From positions 4,652-68,651 of IMG/VR virus record IMGVR_UViG_3300044824_000082: DNA of 64,000 bases; one strand, written 5' to 3'. Position numbers and translations under genes: made by a program. The DNA comes from a virus. The number at the start of each line of letters is the position of its first letter. Within the stretch, counting starts at the first letter, position 1. The notes under the pieces were generated by a model. It saw only the letters and a program-made list of their open reading frames with translations. It was not told where the DNA came from and ran no database searches. Positions 10,160 to 20,452 of this stretch are shown one piece after another.

Positions 10160-10341
10160 GCAGTACGAAAGGTTCGGGGAAATTTGGGACAACGGTGACG
10201 GTGTATGTAACTGGGCCTAACAGCGGGGACATTCCTATGTATGCCATCCAAGAGACGGCGGGAAAGACAGTTGTGGGGTTAGAGGTTTCGCCGGGGATTT
10301 ACATATTCAGCGGAGGGTACTACAGCGCGTTCACAGCGTAG
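10156..10341 (+). CDS. stand-alone copy of the C-terminal domain of the two upstream repeat proteins
   Basis: KGSGKFG..QETAG..GLEVSPGIYIF versus KGTCGFG..KESGG..GQEVSPGVFQF; ATGA overlap. Confidence 0.6.
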   Translation: MSSTKGSGKFGTTVTVYVTGPNSGDIPMYAIQETAGKTVVGLEVSPGIYIFSGGYYSAFTA

Positions 10342-10381
10342 AAAGGTTTATGAAGGCGGCGGGAGATTGTTGAGGTGAGAT

Positions 10382-12598
10382 ATGGCGGCGAGTACTCTAA
10401 CGATTAAGGACAGTCTCGGTGGCACGACCACAGCGTTCGAGGCGAGTGTGCCGGTTCAGTTGGAAGTCGTGAACACGATTCCGGATTCTTGGCTTGCCGG
10501 CCCATTGGTTGCGACGATTGTGGCGGGCGCGGGAATCGGTGCGACGTCTCCGAGCAGTGTCGGGGCGGCTACGATTGCGAACGCGGGGGTTATTTCGCTC
10601 AATGGGTTGACGGGGACGCCAAGTGTGGTTGGCGGGACGGGAGCCACTATCACGGTGGCGGGGGCAACGATTACGGTTACTCCGAGCGGGGTGCCCAATT
10701 CGGCATTGCTCGGGCCAGAAGTTACAGCAGTTGTAGCGGGCAGTGGGATTTCGGTGGTTTCGGCGGGAACGGTTGGGGCGGCCACAGTAAGTGTCAGTTC
10801 GGCTCCGTGGAATCAAATCAGTTCGCCGTCTAAGCCGGTGTATACTTTGTCACCGAACGGGGGCCACGGTGGAGATGGAGGGGATTTCGGGCCGAATTCA
10901 TTGGGGCAAGGGCTGTCGACACTGACTCCGGTGGGTAGTGTCAGCACGACGGGTGGATTTCAAGAAGCGATGGATTACCTGAAGTCGCTTGGGGGAGGAA
11001 ATATCGTTCAGACAGGTCCGGTTACGGGCACCGGACAGTTCATGTTCAGGTCGGGTGTCAGTTTTGACTGTCAGGGGTATTTGATGACGTGTACGACGGC
11101 CATGCCGACGCCGTTCATGACGGACGCAAACGCGACGATGCAGAACACGCGTATCAACGCGTATGTGAGTTGCGGGACGAACAGTCCGTTAGATGTGGTG
11201 ATTAACCCATTGGGTGGGACAACGATTGGGACGGTTTCGCCGTGGACATCGCCCACGAACACAAATCCGTACTATCAAGTTTACATGGTGGCAACTGCGA
11301 CATTGTTGGGGACGTGCACAGCGATTACAGCCCCCGATGGACTGGCGAGCCCGATGTACGATGGAGTCTGTCACTACGGTATCTTCCCGGTTGCGCCGGG
11401 GCAGAACATCAAAGTCACGTTTAAGGGCTACCCGCCTCCGATTAGTATTTTGAGCGGAGTGATTGCCAGCGGGCGTGCGGACGCGCAAACGGTAACGACA
11501 GTTCAGGCGTCGGCCTTGCAGAATGAGTATCGTTGGCGGTTCACGTCTTCAAATGCGGGGAACGGGTTTCTCGGATGTTCTTGGTATGTTCCGGGCGGCA
11601 CGGTAACGAATGTCACTGGTGGAGACAATAACTCGTGTAACCAGACGCGGCTCATTGCTTGTGATGGTGCGACAGGGCCGTATGGGGTTCGGTTCTTGGG
11701 CGCGGGGAAGTCGAACTCGAACGCGTTCATTGACCAAGTGGTTGAGAATATCGTGTTGCCCGACATTGGCGGCGGTGTCAATACGTCAGGGACGGTGACG
11801 TGCACGGGGGTTGATTTCGGGTTTCACGTTGACCATGTGAAGGTGTTGTGGGCTGCGTTGACAGGAGACGCCGGCGCGGTGACGGGCTCATCACTGGTGA
11901 TGTTCAACGACGGGGTGTTCGGGGCCCGAAACGTTGACCAGAAAGTTAGTATCTGCGGTATCGAAGACGGGATTTTTGTTTGGAACGGTACGAACACGTA
12001 CTATTACGTGGTGGACCTCGGTAATTGCGGGGAGAACGCGTCGCACTGTTACATGACGAAGTTTCCGGGCGCCGGACAGGCAACGCCAGTCAATGTGGTT
12101 CCCCCAGTCGGGCTGGCTATTCCGTCGTATTTTGACGGATATGACAATATGGATGGGGTGCTTTGGCGGAGGGGGCAGCCGTTCAATGTCATGATGGGAA
12201 GCGGGGGGTTCTTTACTTCGGGGATGGGGGCGCTGAACGTTGCGGGGTGGGATGTCAATGGGGCGAGCAGTGGCGCGCCCCCGGTAAATTATTCGGGTTC
12301 GGGGTACGGGCCGAACTTGATTTACACTTGTCCTCTCACGCAGAACAAGGGACTGTCCATGATATTTGCGGTGATGGAACTTACCGGAGCGGGTTCGGGA
12401 ACCGCGACGTACACGATTACGTATTACAGTCTCGGCGGCGTCAAAACGCAGGTGCTTTCAAGTTCTGTGGCGGGGGAGACGAATGGAAATTGGCTTACGT
12501 GGCAGGCGAACTCGGGGACGGTAACAGTTCAGTTTGCGAACGCGGCAACCCCGTGGACGGCGTATCTGGCATGTTTCGTGGTGCCTGTCGTGGATTAG
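10382..12598 (+). CDS. tail fibre/spike-like protein
   Basis: V(I/T)SLNGLTG and AGxGI repeats, DFGPN..GFQEA module, beta-helix-like body. Confidence 0.7.
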   Translation: MAASTLTIKDSLGGTTTAFEASVPVQLEVVNTIPDSWLAGPLVATIVAGAGIGATSPSSVGAATIANAGVISLNGLTGTPSVVGGTGATITVAGATITVTPSGVPNSALLGPEVTAVVAGSGISVVSAGTVGAATVSVSSAPWNQISSPSKPVYTLSPNGGHGGDGGDFGPNSLGQGLSTLTPVGSVSTTGGFQEAMDYLKSLGGGNIVQTGPVTGTGQFMFRSGVSFDCQGYLMTCTTAMPTPFMTDANATMQNTRINAYVSCGTNSPLDVVINPLGGTTIGTVSPWTSPTNTNPYYQVYMVATATLLGTCTAITAPDGLASPMYDGVCHYGIFPVAPGQNIKVTFKGYPPPISILSGVIASGRADAQTVTTVQASALQNEYRWRFTSSNAGNGFLGCSWYVPGGTVTNVTGGDNNSCNQTRLIACDGATGPYGVRFLGAGKSNSNAFIDQVVENIVLPDIGGGVNTSGTVTCTGVDFGFHVDHVKVLWAALTGDAGAVTGSSLVMFNDGVFGARNVDQKVSICGIEDGIFVWNGTNTYYYVVDLGNCGENASHCYMTKFPGAGQATPVNVVPPVGLAIPSYFDGYDNMDGVLWRRGQPFNVMMGSGGFFTSGMGALNVAGWDVNGASSGAPPVNYSGSGYGPNLIYTCPLTQNKGLSMIFAVMELTGAGSGTATYTITYYSLGGVKTQVLSSSVAGETNGNWLTWQANSGTVTVQFANAATPWTAYLACFVVPVVD

Positions 12599-12642
12599 GG
12601 AAATGAAAGGTTTAAGTATGTGGGAAGGGAATTGGAGGTACA

Positions 12643-14448
12643 ATGACTTACTTGCCAGTTGAAACGACAGCGGGGATAGTGAGCCCCGGTGCGGACTCCC
12701 CGTGGTCGGGGGTTATAGGTAATGCGGAACTGACAGTTTCTGCGGTGGGTACGTCAACGGCGGGGGTTGTTTATCCAAATAACGGGTGCGATTACGGGCC
12801 CGATACTCCGAACACAACGACAAGCGGCTTCAACGAAGCGATGCTGGCGGCGCAGGCCATTGGTGGGTACGGATATACGAGTGGAGGGGCGAGGGTAGTT
12901 CTGGAAGGCAATATCACGGGCACGGGACAGTTCATTTTCAGAAGTGGGGTGGACTTTGATTGTTTGGGGAACATTATGACGTGTACCACAGCAATGCCTA
13001 CACCGTTCATCACGGACCCGGTGTACGGAATGTATGGTGAGAACATTCGGGCGCGAGTCAGCCCGGGCACAGTGAACTCGTGTATAGACACAGTTATCAA
13101 CCCGCTGGGCGGAACGCTTCTCGGCACTGTTTCGCCGTATGTTTATGTGAACTCGTCAGGGTATTACACGATTCTTCTTGTGGGGGGCGCGACAACTAAC
13201 GCGATTCTGTTTCAAGGCACGCTTGTTTCTGGGTTCGCCGATGGGGTGTTCATCGTGCCTAACGGTGGTTCGGTTACGGTTGGGTTCAGCGGCACCGTGC
13301 AGCCAACGATTGCGGTTCTGTCTGGGGTAATGACGACTCTTGCTGGCGGCGAGGTGCAATACAGTGGGGGAACGTATTGGCGGGATGTCACGGTGTACGA
13401 TTTGAGTGTTGTTTACGGGAATGCGGGGAATGCATTTCTCATTACGGGTGGTTATCAGCCGGTATCGAATACTGGTGGTAACGGTTCGTTTAATCAGGAA
13501 TCCATTTACAAGCGATTGGTGTGCGAGTTCGGCGCGGGGTTGAATACCGTGCGTATCATCGGTTCGGGTGCGCCGAACCACATGTCGGCGGTGAACAGCA
13601 AAATTGAATACATTGAAGACACGCATATCGGGAGGGGTGGGTGCGTTGGGTACGGGTTGAACTTTGCAGGGCACACAGACCACTGGGTAGTGGATTACGG
13701 TTGGCTTCAGACGGACAGCACGGCGGCAGCGGGGAGTTCGTTGTACGTTTTCAACGACGGGGTTTACTTTTCGAGCACGGTAAACCTGACGAATGTAACG
13801 CACATTCGGTGCCGTAACGTCATTGCCGTTACCACGAATACGACGGACTACGCCATCACTTTCAACGCATGCGGGCAGAACGAAGGAGAAGGCTGGTGCG
13901 AGGTAGAACAGTTCGATGCGGGCGCTGCGACGGTTCCAGTATCCGTGACGTGGAGTGGGGGTTCGACTTGGGGCAAAGCGTATTGTACTGGTTCGAACAC
14001 GCGCTATTGGACAACGAATGTCGGGCTCATAACTCAGGTGGCGCCAGCGTTTGTGGCGCAGTCGGACATGGCCGCAAATCTGGGCAGCGTATTCGGTGGG
14101 CAAGCATACTTTTTCGCGGACACGCGGGCAACTGTCACAGCCGTTGACGCGACTCCGATTACGATATTTCTGAACCCGAATCAGTACAGAGCGGAACTTG
14201 TGTTTCTCACTGTTGACATGAACCTGTACGGTGCCGGGACGGGCGCAGCAACTTACGTGGTAACGTATGTCACGAATAACAATACGTCAGTGCCCGTGGT
14301 GGTTTCCGGAAGCGCTGTTGGGGATTACAGTATCGGCCCAATGCCGGTTTGGATAGCGAAGAACAGCACGATTACGGGGCAGATAACAGCGGTGGGTTCG
14401 CCAGCGTGGAACATTGCAATAGGGTGTGTGGTGGTGCCAGTGATATGA
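12643..14448 (+). CDS. tail fibre/spike-like protein, paralogue of 10382
   Basis: NNGCDYGPDT..GFNEA; near-identical block TGTGQFxFRSGVxFDCxGxxMTCTTAMPTPF. Confidence 0.7.
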   Translation: MTYLPVETTAGIVSPGADSPWSGVIGNAELTVSAVGTSTAGVVYPNNGCDYGPDTPNTTTSGFNEAMLAAQAIGGYGYTSGGARVVLEGNITGTGQFIFRSGVDFDCLGNIMTCTTAMPTPFITDPVYGMYGENIRARVSPGTVNSCIDTVINPLGGTLLGTVSPYVYVNSSGYYTILLVGGATTNAILFQGTLVSGFADGVFIVPNGGSVTVGFSGTVQPTIAVLSGVMTTLAGGEVQYSGGTYWRDVTVYDLSVVYGNAGNAFLITGGYQPVSNTGGNGSFNQESIYKRLVCEFGAGLNTVRIIGSGAPNHMSAVNSKIEYIEDTHIGRGGCVGYGLNFAGHTDHWVVDYGWLQTDSTAAAGSSLYVFNDGVYFSSTVNLTNVTHIRCRNVIAVTTNTTDYAITFNACGQNEGEGWCEVEQFDAGAATVPVSVTWSGGSTWGKAYCTGSNTRYWTTNVGLITQVAPAFVAQSDMAANLGSVFGGQAYFFADTRATVTAVDATPITIFLNPNQYRAELVFLTVDMNLYGAGTGAATYVVTYVTNNNTSVPVVVSGSAVGDYSIGPMPVWIAKNSTITGQITAVGSPAWNIAIGCVVVPVI

Positions 14449-16106
14449 CGCTAACGGTTGAAGAGGTCCAGTACAGCATTCCGGTAACTTGGACGAAAGG
14501 GACAGTGTCAACGACATTTAGTACGAACCCGTTGATACCGTGGAGTGTCATTTCGGGGAACATGGCTGTTTCGGTTTCTCCGATTGGAACCGCTACGGCG
14601 GGAGTCACGATACTAAATAATGGGTGTGATTACGGGCCGGATACGGCTGTGAGTGGAACGCAAACGGTTACATGCGGGATTCAAGAGGCTGTTAGCTCTG
14701 CGCAGCAGGTTCAGTTATTGCCCGGAACATTCACGGTTTCTACGATGATTGCGCTCCCGGCGACAATTAAGTTGGTGGGGGCCGCGGGCGGCGGAATTTC
14801 GAATGCGGCCGTTTCGATAATCAAAGCCGCTTCGGGCTGGCCCGGCGGGGACATAATTGGCATTCAGGGCGGAACGGCAACGTCTGTTTACGCGCTTCAG
14901 ATTCAAGATTTGTTGATTCACGGAAATTCGCAGACGAGCACGGGTTACGGAATCAATCTGACGCAAGCGGAAACTTCGCGCTATTTCTTGGTTAAGAACG
15001 TCACGTTCACGGCTCTTACCGCGTTTAAGGGCGAGATTTGCGCGGACGGGTGTGAGGATGGGGCAATAGAGAACTGCTTTTCGAATACCAATGAAGGCGG
15101 GGTGTATTGGCACACGAATGGTGGGACTTGGAGAATGTCGAATAGTAAGTTCGCCTCGGCCCACATTTGGGGCCAGTCGATGTACATTTCGGGCACTACA
15201 TTCGGGTTTGGGGGGGTAACGATTGAGCCTTCGTCAGCGAGCGGTTCGTATAGTGCCACGACAAGTGGGCGGGCGGTATTTTCGGGTTGTTACCAGAACG
15301 GGGTGACGGCGGGGACGTTGAATATCTTCATGTACAGCGACCCGCAGAGCACAGGCAAGGCGTGCACGATTGTGGACGTCGGTGGGTGGTGGAACTATCA
15401 GGCGGGGGAGAACACGCCGGGGTACGTTGCGGGAACAGCGTTGTCAGTGATTTCGATAGGGACGCGATTTTCCTTGCCCGGTGCTTACGGTACATTGTTA
15501 CCTATTCCGTTGCATACGGCGGCCGGAGGAGCGGCGTATGTGGTTGGGGCGGATTTCAGCGGAAGCGGAACGAGTCAGACGTTGGCGCAGTTGTTGACGA
15601 ACTCGACGGCTAATATCCCTAATGTTTCGAACGGCCCATCGAATCAGTTGGGAGTTATGCCAAGCATCAGTTCAATACCGTCTCCGACTCCGGCGGGAAT
15701 CACGTCTACTTCGGCATTTGTGATGTTGGGGTTGGGGCAGTTGGCAACCATTGCGGTTCCCGAATTTACGCCGAAGTTGACGGGGAAGGTCAAGGTTATC
15801 GTGACGGGCAAGGCGGGGAACAACGCGGCGAGTGATGGGTACGCTCTCAAGGGAATGTATGGAACAGTTGCAGGAAGCCCATCAGGGTTGACTCCGCCAG
15901 CCAATGGTGATGCCGTGGTGGGGACAAGTTTCACGAACCAGATTGGTTACACGACGGGAAATGCGCTACCACCGTTTTCGTGCTGTGGGGTAGCCACGCT
16001 CACAGTCGGAACGACATACTGGTTCGATTTGGCGGTTGAGGCCACGACAGGTGGAACGGTGACGGTTTCGAATACATGCGTTATCATCGAAGAACTGGCG
16101 GCATAG
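14445..16106 (+). CDS. tail spike-like protein with pectate-lyase-like beta-helix
   Basis: ATGA overlap start; NNGCDYGPDT..GIQEA, then LLPGTFTVS..IKLVGA typical of beta-helix entry. Confidence 0.7.
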   Translation: MTLTVEEVQYSIPVTWTKGTVSTTFSTNPLIPWSVISGNMAVSVSPIGTATAGVTILNNGCDYGPDTAVSGTQTVTCGIQEAVSSAQQVQLLPGTFTVSTMIALPATIKLVGAAGGGISNAAVSIIKAASGWPGGDIIGIQGGTATSVYALQIQDLLIHGNSQTSTGYGINLTQAETSRYFLVKNVTFTALTAFKGEICADGCEDGAIENCFSNTNEGGVYWHTNGGTWRMSNSKFASAHIWGQSMYISGTTFGFGGVTIEPSSASGSYSATTSGRAVFSGCYQNGVTAGTLNIFMYSDPQSTGKACTIVDVGGWWNYQAGENTPGYVAGTALSVISIGTRFSLPGAYGTLLPIPLHTAAGGAAYVVGADFSGSGTSQTLAQLLTNSTANIPNVSNGPSNQLGVMPSISSIPSPTPAGITSTSAFVMLGLGQLATIAVPEFTPKLTGKVKVIVTGKAGNNAASDGYALKGMYGTVAGSPSGLTPPANGDAVVGTSFTNQIGYTTGNALPPFSCCGVATLTVGTTYWFDLAVEATTGGTVTVSNTCVIIEELAA

Positions 16107-16145
16107 GGAACCCTTTTATAGTCCAGAAACGATGGAGGAAGTGGT

Positions 16146-18404
16146 ATGGCGGACGTGCAAGTGAGGCCGTTTACGTTAGCTAAAGTGATGCCGGACCAAG
16201 TTCCAGAGGTAGCGCCGGCGCCGCCCGGACTGTTTGAGCGAGTGATGAAGGCGATTCGGCGAGAACCGATGGACAGGCCCATAGATAGGCCGTACAGCGT
16301 GGACCCTATCCCGCTGGAAACGTACATTGCAATGGCGGGCAATTTGGAAAAGACGCCCGTAACCGAGTTCAGTCTCAAGTTCTTGCGGGACATGACGTAC
16401 AACAGCGACTTGCTCGCGCTGATTGTCCGTACCAAGACGAATGAAACGTTCCGTGGCGGGGTAAGTATCGAGGAGCGGTTCAAGAGCAAGTGTAAGACGT
16501 GCGGGCGGGAGTTCGAGGAAGAGAAGATTATTTGTCCGTTCGACCAAGGCGAGATGGCGCACCCCGATTACAACCAGTGGAAGATTCTGAACGCTTTCCT
16601 GAAGATTATGAACCGATGGGACGAGTCGGTGATGGCGGTGATGCGGGAGGTGGACACCGATGTTCACGTTTGTGATAACGGTTGGGTTTTCTTGGACAGG
16701 GATTACTGGTTTGGGGACGATGGGAAGATTACGAATGAGGAGGTAAAAAGCATCATCCGTTTCGACCCGAACATGATGCGGCTTATCATGAGTCGGTACG
16801 GAATGGGGACGAGCGAGACAGGCGCGTATTCGTATTTCTGTGTCGAACACCGAAACAAGGTTACGGAGTTCGCCGAGAAGAGTGAGGAGCATAAGTGCCA
16901 GTGCGGCAAGGTGATGATACCGGCCTGGTATTGTGCGCTTACCCGCGCAGAGCGGTACTACTATGGGCCCCGTGAGATATACCACGTCAAGATGTACTCG
17001 AACGCGCAGGGCTACGGCGTCCCGCCTCTCATGTCTTGTTACATGAAGGTGAACGCCTTGCTCCGCATGGACAAGTTCATTTTGGATGCGTATTCGCTTC
17101 AGCGGGCTCCGCAGGAACTACTGATTTTGCGGGGTAAGCGGGACAGTATCCACCACGCGTGGGAATGGTTGATGCAGAAGGCTCGCGAGAACCCGAACAT
17201 GGTGTACCCGTTGGTTATTGAGGGCGATGGCGGGGGTGACAGCGGCAGGCGGATAGTCGAGCACGAAACGTTCTCTCTCAAGCCGATAGAGTGGGAATGG
17301 AGCCAGATGCGGGACGAATACCGCCGCGTGGTTAGTGCGGTGTACGGTGTCCAGCCTTTGTTTTCGGGCGGTGCAGGTGACACGGGCGGGGGGCTGGCGA
17401 ATGAGGGACTGCAAATCGCTGTCACGGCGTTGGCTATCAAGCAGGAACAGCACACTTGGAACACGTTTTTGGAGTTCGTCAGCGACCAGTTGGGATGCCC
17501 GGATTACAAGTTCAAGCTGGAACCGAACGAGCAGGAAGACGAGCTTCGGGACTTGGAAGTGGAGCGGAAGCGTATCGACATGGCCGTGATTATGGCCCAG
17601 TTGGGTTACGATGTGGAACTGCACGAAGACGCGAAGGGACGGATGGAGTTCAAGTTCAAGGAGAAGCCACCTGCGCCAGTTGGGGCGCCGGGGCCCGAGG
17701 GACTGATTCCGCAGGAAGACGTTTCCACGGACACGGCGAAGGACTACTTAGAGTCCGATTCGATGAGTCCTGAGCAGAACCGTGACGAACGGTGGGACGA
17801 GGAACGGCGAAGGGCGGCAGGCCCGGCACAGGTAGGCGAGGCGGTAAGTGTCGGCATGGGGTTGGGCGAACTCCAATTTGACGATGATATGGAAGTAGTG
17901 AAGGTGTGCGAGGCGTGCGGTGGAGAGGCAGAGGCGCCGGACTTGTCTAATATGGAAAAGAGCTATTCGCAAGACAGGGAGCGCACCATGCGGATGATAG
18001 CAGGCGGGGACCCGCATTGTGATGTAGAAGGGTGCGGGGCGCCGCAAAATCGGTTGATGATTGCGCACCACAAGCCGGACGAGTTTGCGGGGTACGCTTC
18101 GCGTTCGGGCGGGGCGAACTACGCGCGGTGGATGGTGTACGTGCGGGAGCATCCCAGCAATTATCACCTGCTTTGTCCCGAGCATCACTCGCAGGCAGAC
18201 CAGCGAAAGGTGCCCGGCCCGGAAGTGCACCGAAAGGACGTTCAGTTGTTGAGGGCGTTGGCAGGGGCGGAGAAGGCAAACTATAAGAGCAAGCCGATTA
18301 AGAGCAAGAAGAACCCGCGCGGGGACGAGAACATCCCGATAGAGACGGTTCAGGGTTCCCAGAACATGAACATCCTCGAAGCCCGCCCGGGAAGCCCCGG
18401 TTAA
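16146..18404 (+). CDS. portal protein with Zn-ribbon inserts and a C-terminal HNH-like extension
   Basis: REIYHVKMYS..GYGVPP, RRVVSAVYGVQP..G and FKFK are portal-like; located before a MuF-like gene. Confidence 0.75.
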   Translation: MADVQVRPFTLAKVMPDQVPEVAPAPPGLFERVMKAIRREPMDRPIDRPYSVDPIPLETYIAMAGNLEKTPVTEFSLKFLRDMTYNSDLLALIVRTKTNETFRGGVSIEERFKSKCKTCGREFEEEKIICPFDQGEMAHPDYNQWKILNAFLKIMNRWDESVMAVMREVDTDVHVCDNGWVFLDRDYWFGDDGKITNEEVKSIIRFDPNMMRLIMSRYGMGTSETGAYSYFCVEHRNKVTEFAEKSEEHKCQCGKVMIPAWYCALTRAERYYYGPREIYHVKMYSNAQGYGVPPLMSCYMKVNALLRMDKFILDAYSLQRAPQELLILRGKRDSIHHAWEWLMQKARENPNMVYPLVIEGDGGGDSGRRIVEHETFSLKPIEWEWSQMRDEYRRVVSAVYGVQPLFSGGAGDTGGGLANEGLQIAVTALAIKQEQHTWNTFLEFVSDQLGCPDYKFKLEPNEQEDELRDLEVERKRIDMAVIMAQLGYDVELHEDAKGRMEFKFKEKPPAPVGAPGPEGLIPQEDVSTDTAKDYLESDSMSPEQNRDERWDEERRRAAGPAQVGEAVSVGMGLGELQFDDDMEVVKVCEACGGEAEAPDLSNMEKSYSQDRERTMRMIAGGDPHCDVEGCGAPQNRLMIAHHKPDEFAGYASRSGGANYARWMVYVREHPSNYHLLCPEHHSQADQRKVPGPEVHRKDVQLLRALAGAEKANYKSKPIKSKKNPRGDENIPIETVQGSQNMNILEARPGSPG

Positions 18405-18406
18405 AC

Positions 18407-19339
18407 ATGCCAGAAACCCATCAGAAACCCACGAGGAACGCTCCGGGCTCGGAACCCCCTATCCTGACACCTTTTACGAAGGGGGCACAGGGGATAAAGC
18501 CCGATGTCTCCCCGCAATGGAGGGCCCGACGGGAGGGGTACGCCCGAATGGACAGCCGGTACAAGTTACGGCGGGTTCGAGACAGCACGAACCGCAGCGG
18601 GATGCCTAATGTTACGGGTATCCGAGGCAAGTACACGAAACCGTATTTGGGGAAGGCCACCACGTTCCCGAAGAGCAACGTGGCGCAAAGGTTCGCCGAG
18701 CGGATTCGGGCGGACATGCCCAAGTTCCGGACCACGGAGTTCCCGATGCAGGCTCCGTACATCGCGGAGCGATTTGCGACGGAGTTGGAGCGCAGCACGA
18801 TTGACAGTATTTCGGAGGAGATGGACAAGGCGCTGGCGATAATCCGAAGTCGGGCCGAGAAGCAGTTGGGCGAGGCGATAGAGGTGACTCGGGCGGAGCA
18901 AGACTACTTGCGGGCGTTGAAGGGGTACGTCATCAAGCAGGTTCAGAACAGCGCTTTGAAGTGGCGGGCGGATTTGGTGTCGTCACTGCCCACGTTAAAG
19001 CCGGGGGAGGTGTGGCATCACTTGGTAGATAAGGAGTTCGAAGTGAAGAACGATGCTACGGCGGCGGCGCGTTCATTGATTGGGGGCGTGTATAACAGTT
19101 ACATGGCATGGTTGATTACCCGCAAGACGGCGGGGGTGTTCAAGTGGGTGAACCCGATGGACAAGCGGACGAGTGCTATCTGCCGGAAGATTGTCGCGCG
19201 AACGCACGGTGGGGTAAGTCTCGACCAATTGAAGATGATTGTGCGGGAAGAGGCCGACAAGGGGTGGTACAAGGCCCGAAGCCCGTTGCTGCCGCATCCG
19301 CAATGCCGTTCCACGTTCGTATTGGTGAGGAAGTTGTGA
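18407..19339 (+). CDS. MuF/SPP1 gp7-like minor head morphogenesis protein
   Basis: FKWVNPMDKRTSAICR...PHPQCRS C-terminal motif; directly after the portal. Confidence 0.75.
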   Translation: MPETHQKPTRNAPGSEPPILTPFTKGAQGIKPDVSPQWRARREGYARMDSRYKLRRVRDSTNRSGMPNVTGIRGKYTKPYLGKATTFPKSNVAQRFAERIRADMPKFRTTEFPMQAPYIAERFATELERSTIDSISEEMDKALAIIRSRAEKQLGEAIEVTRAEQDYLRALKGYVIKQVQNSALKWRADLVSSLPTLKPGEVWHHLVDKEFEVKNDATAAARSLIGGVYNSYMAWLITRKTAGVFKWVNPMDKRTSAICRKIVARTHGGVSLDQLKMIVREEADKGWYKARSPLLPHPQCRSTFVLVRKL

Positions 19340-19373
19340 AAGCCTTAAATAGCCCTTTGGGCATGAGTAATTG

Positions 19374-19595
19374 ATGGACGAGGCGGCCATCCCGGTTGCT
19401 ATCGAATATGACGTGAAGGGAGGGCGGGTAGTCTTGTCCGAGATGGAAGAGTCAGTAGTCAAGATTCTGAAAAAAAAGTTGGAGGCCATGAAGAAGGTGA
19501 CATTACAGGTGCACGAAGAGGGGTTCATAGTCAGCCCGAACGGGGTGTATTTCACGGCTGACGACCCGGCGGAACACCGTATCGGTGTGGCGTAG
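19374..19595 (+). CDS. hypothetical protein
   Basis: CTTAAATA box at leaderless spacing. Confidence 0.55.
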   Translation: MDEAAIPVAIEYDVKGGRVVLSEMEESVVKILKKKLEAMKKVTLQVHEEGFIVSPNGVYFTADDPAEHRIGVA

Positions 19596-20018
19596 ATGAC
19601 AGACGAGGTGTTGAGGCTCACTTGGAAAGACGTTCAGAAGGCGGTAAACAGCATAGCGGAGGAAGCAAAGGCGTACAAGTGGGACACCGTGGTGGCTGTC
19701 ATGCGGGGTGGGATGGTTCCCGCGCGTATGCTCGCGGCAAAATTGGGTGTGACGAATATCGTGGTGTGGAACGGAAAGCACGGCACGTTGGGCGTGGCAG
19801 AAGGGCACACGTTGGTAGTAGATGACATTGCCGATTCGGGGCACACGATGGCGCGGGCGAAGTTCGCGTTCGGGGCGCCGATGGCGGTGCTGGTGGACAA
19901 GACCAAGAAGGCCGATTATGCCGGGATGGTAGTGCCCGACAAGCGTTGGGTAATTTTCCCTTGGGAGGGCGTGGCGGACAAGGTGAACGAGCGGCAGATG
20001 ATGGAGGAGCAAGCATGA
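19596..20018 (+). CDS. type I (purine-type) phosphoribosyltransferase
   Basis: LTWKDV, VAVMRGGMVPA, PRPP motif LVVDDIADSGHT, C-terminal WVIFPWE. Confidence 0.9.
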   Translation: MTDEVLRLTWKDVQKAVNSIAEEAKAYKWDTVVAVMRGGMVPARMLAAKLGVTNIVVWNGKHGTLGVAEGHTLVVDDIADSGHTMARAKFAFGAPMAVLVDKTKKADYAGMVVPDKRWVIFPWEGVADKVNERQMMEEQA

Positions 20019-20443
20019 CGAAGGCAACGGTTAAGGTTCTGGTGATTCGGAACGGAAAGGTTGTTCAGACAGAAGAGAAGTTGAACGTGACGACATCGGC
20101 AGGAATGGGGGCGTTGGCGTCATTGTTTATCGGTAATTCGAGTTACTCTTGGAAGTATATTGCCATTGGAACGGGTTCGCAAGCGGCGGTTCCCAGTGTT
20201 TCTACATTGGTGGCCGAATACGGACGTTCTTTGGCGTCGTGTTCGCTCGGCACCACGACGTACACGAACGACACGGCAACGATTACGGCGGGATGGTTGT
20301 TCAGTTCGTCATATACGATTCAGGAAGCGGGGTTGATGAGCGCGAATTCGGGCGGGACGATGTTCGGGTACATCACGTTCGGCCCGTATAATGTTGTCAG
20401 CGGGGATTACGTTTCGGTGGCGTGGACAGAGCAAATGGTATAA
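20015..20443 (+). CDS. putative tail/baseplate structural protein
   Basis: NVTTSAG..YIAIGTG..STLVAEYGR..IQEAGL pattern; ATGA overlap. Confidence 0.6.
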   Translation: MTKATVKVLVIRNGKVVQTEEKLNVTTSAGMGALASLFIGNSSYSWKYIAIGTGSQAAVPSVSTLVAEYGRSLASCSLGTTTYTNDTATITAGWLFSSSYTIQEAGLMSANSGGTMFGYITFGPYNVVSGDYVSVAWTEQMV

Positions 20444-20452
20444 GGGTGAGCA

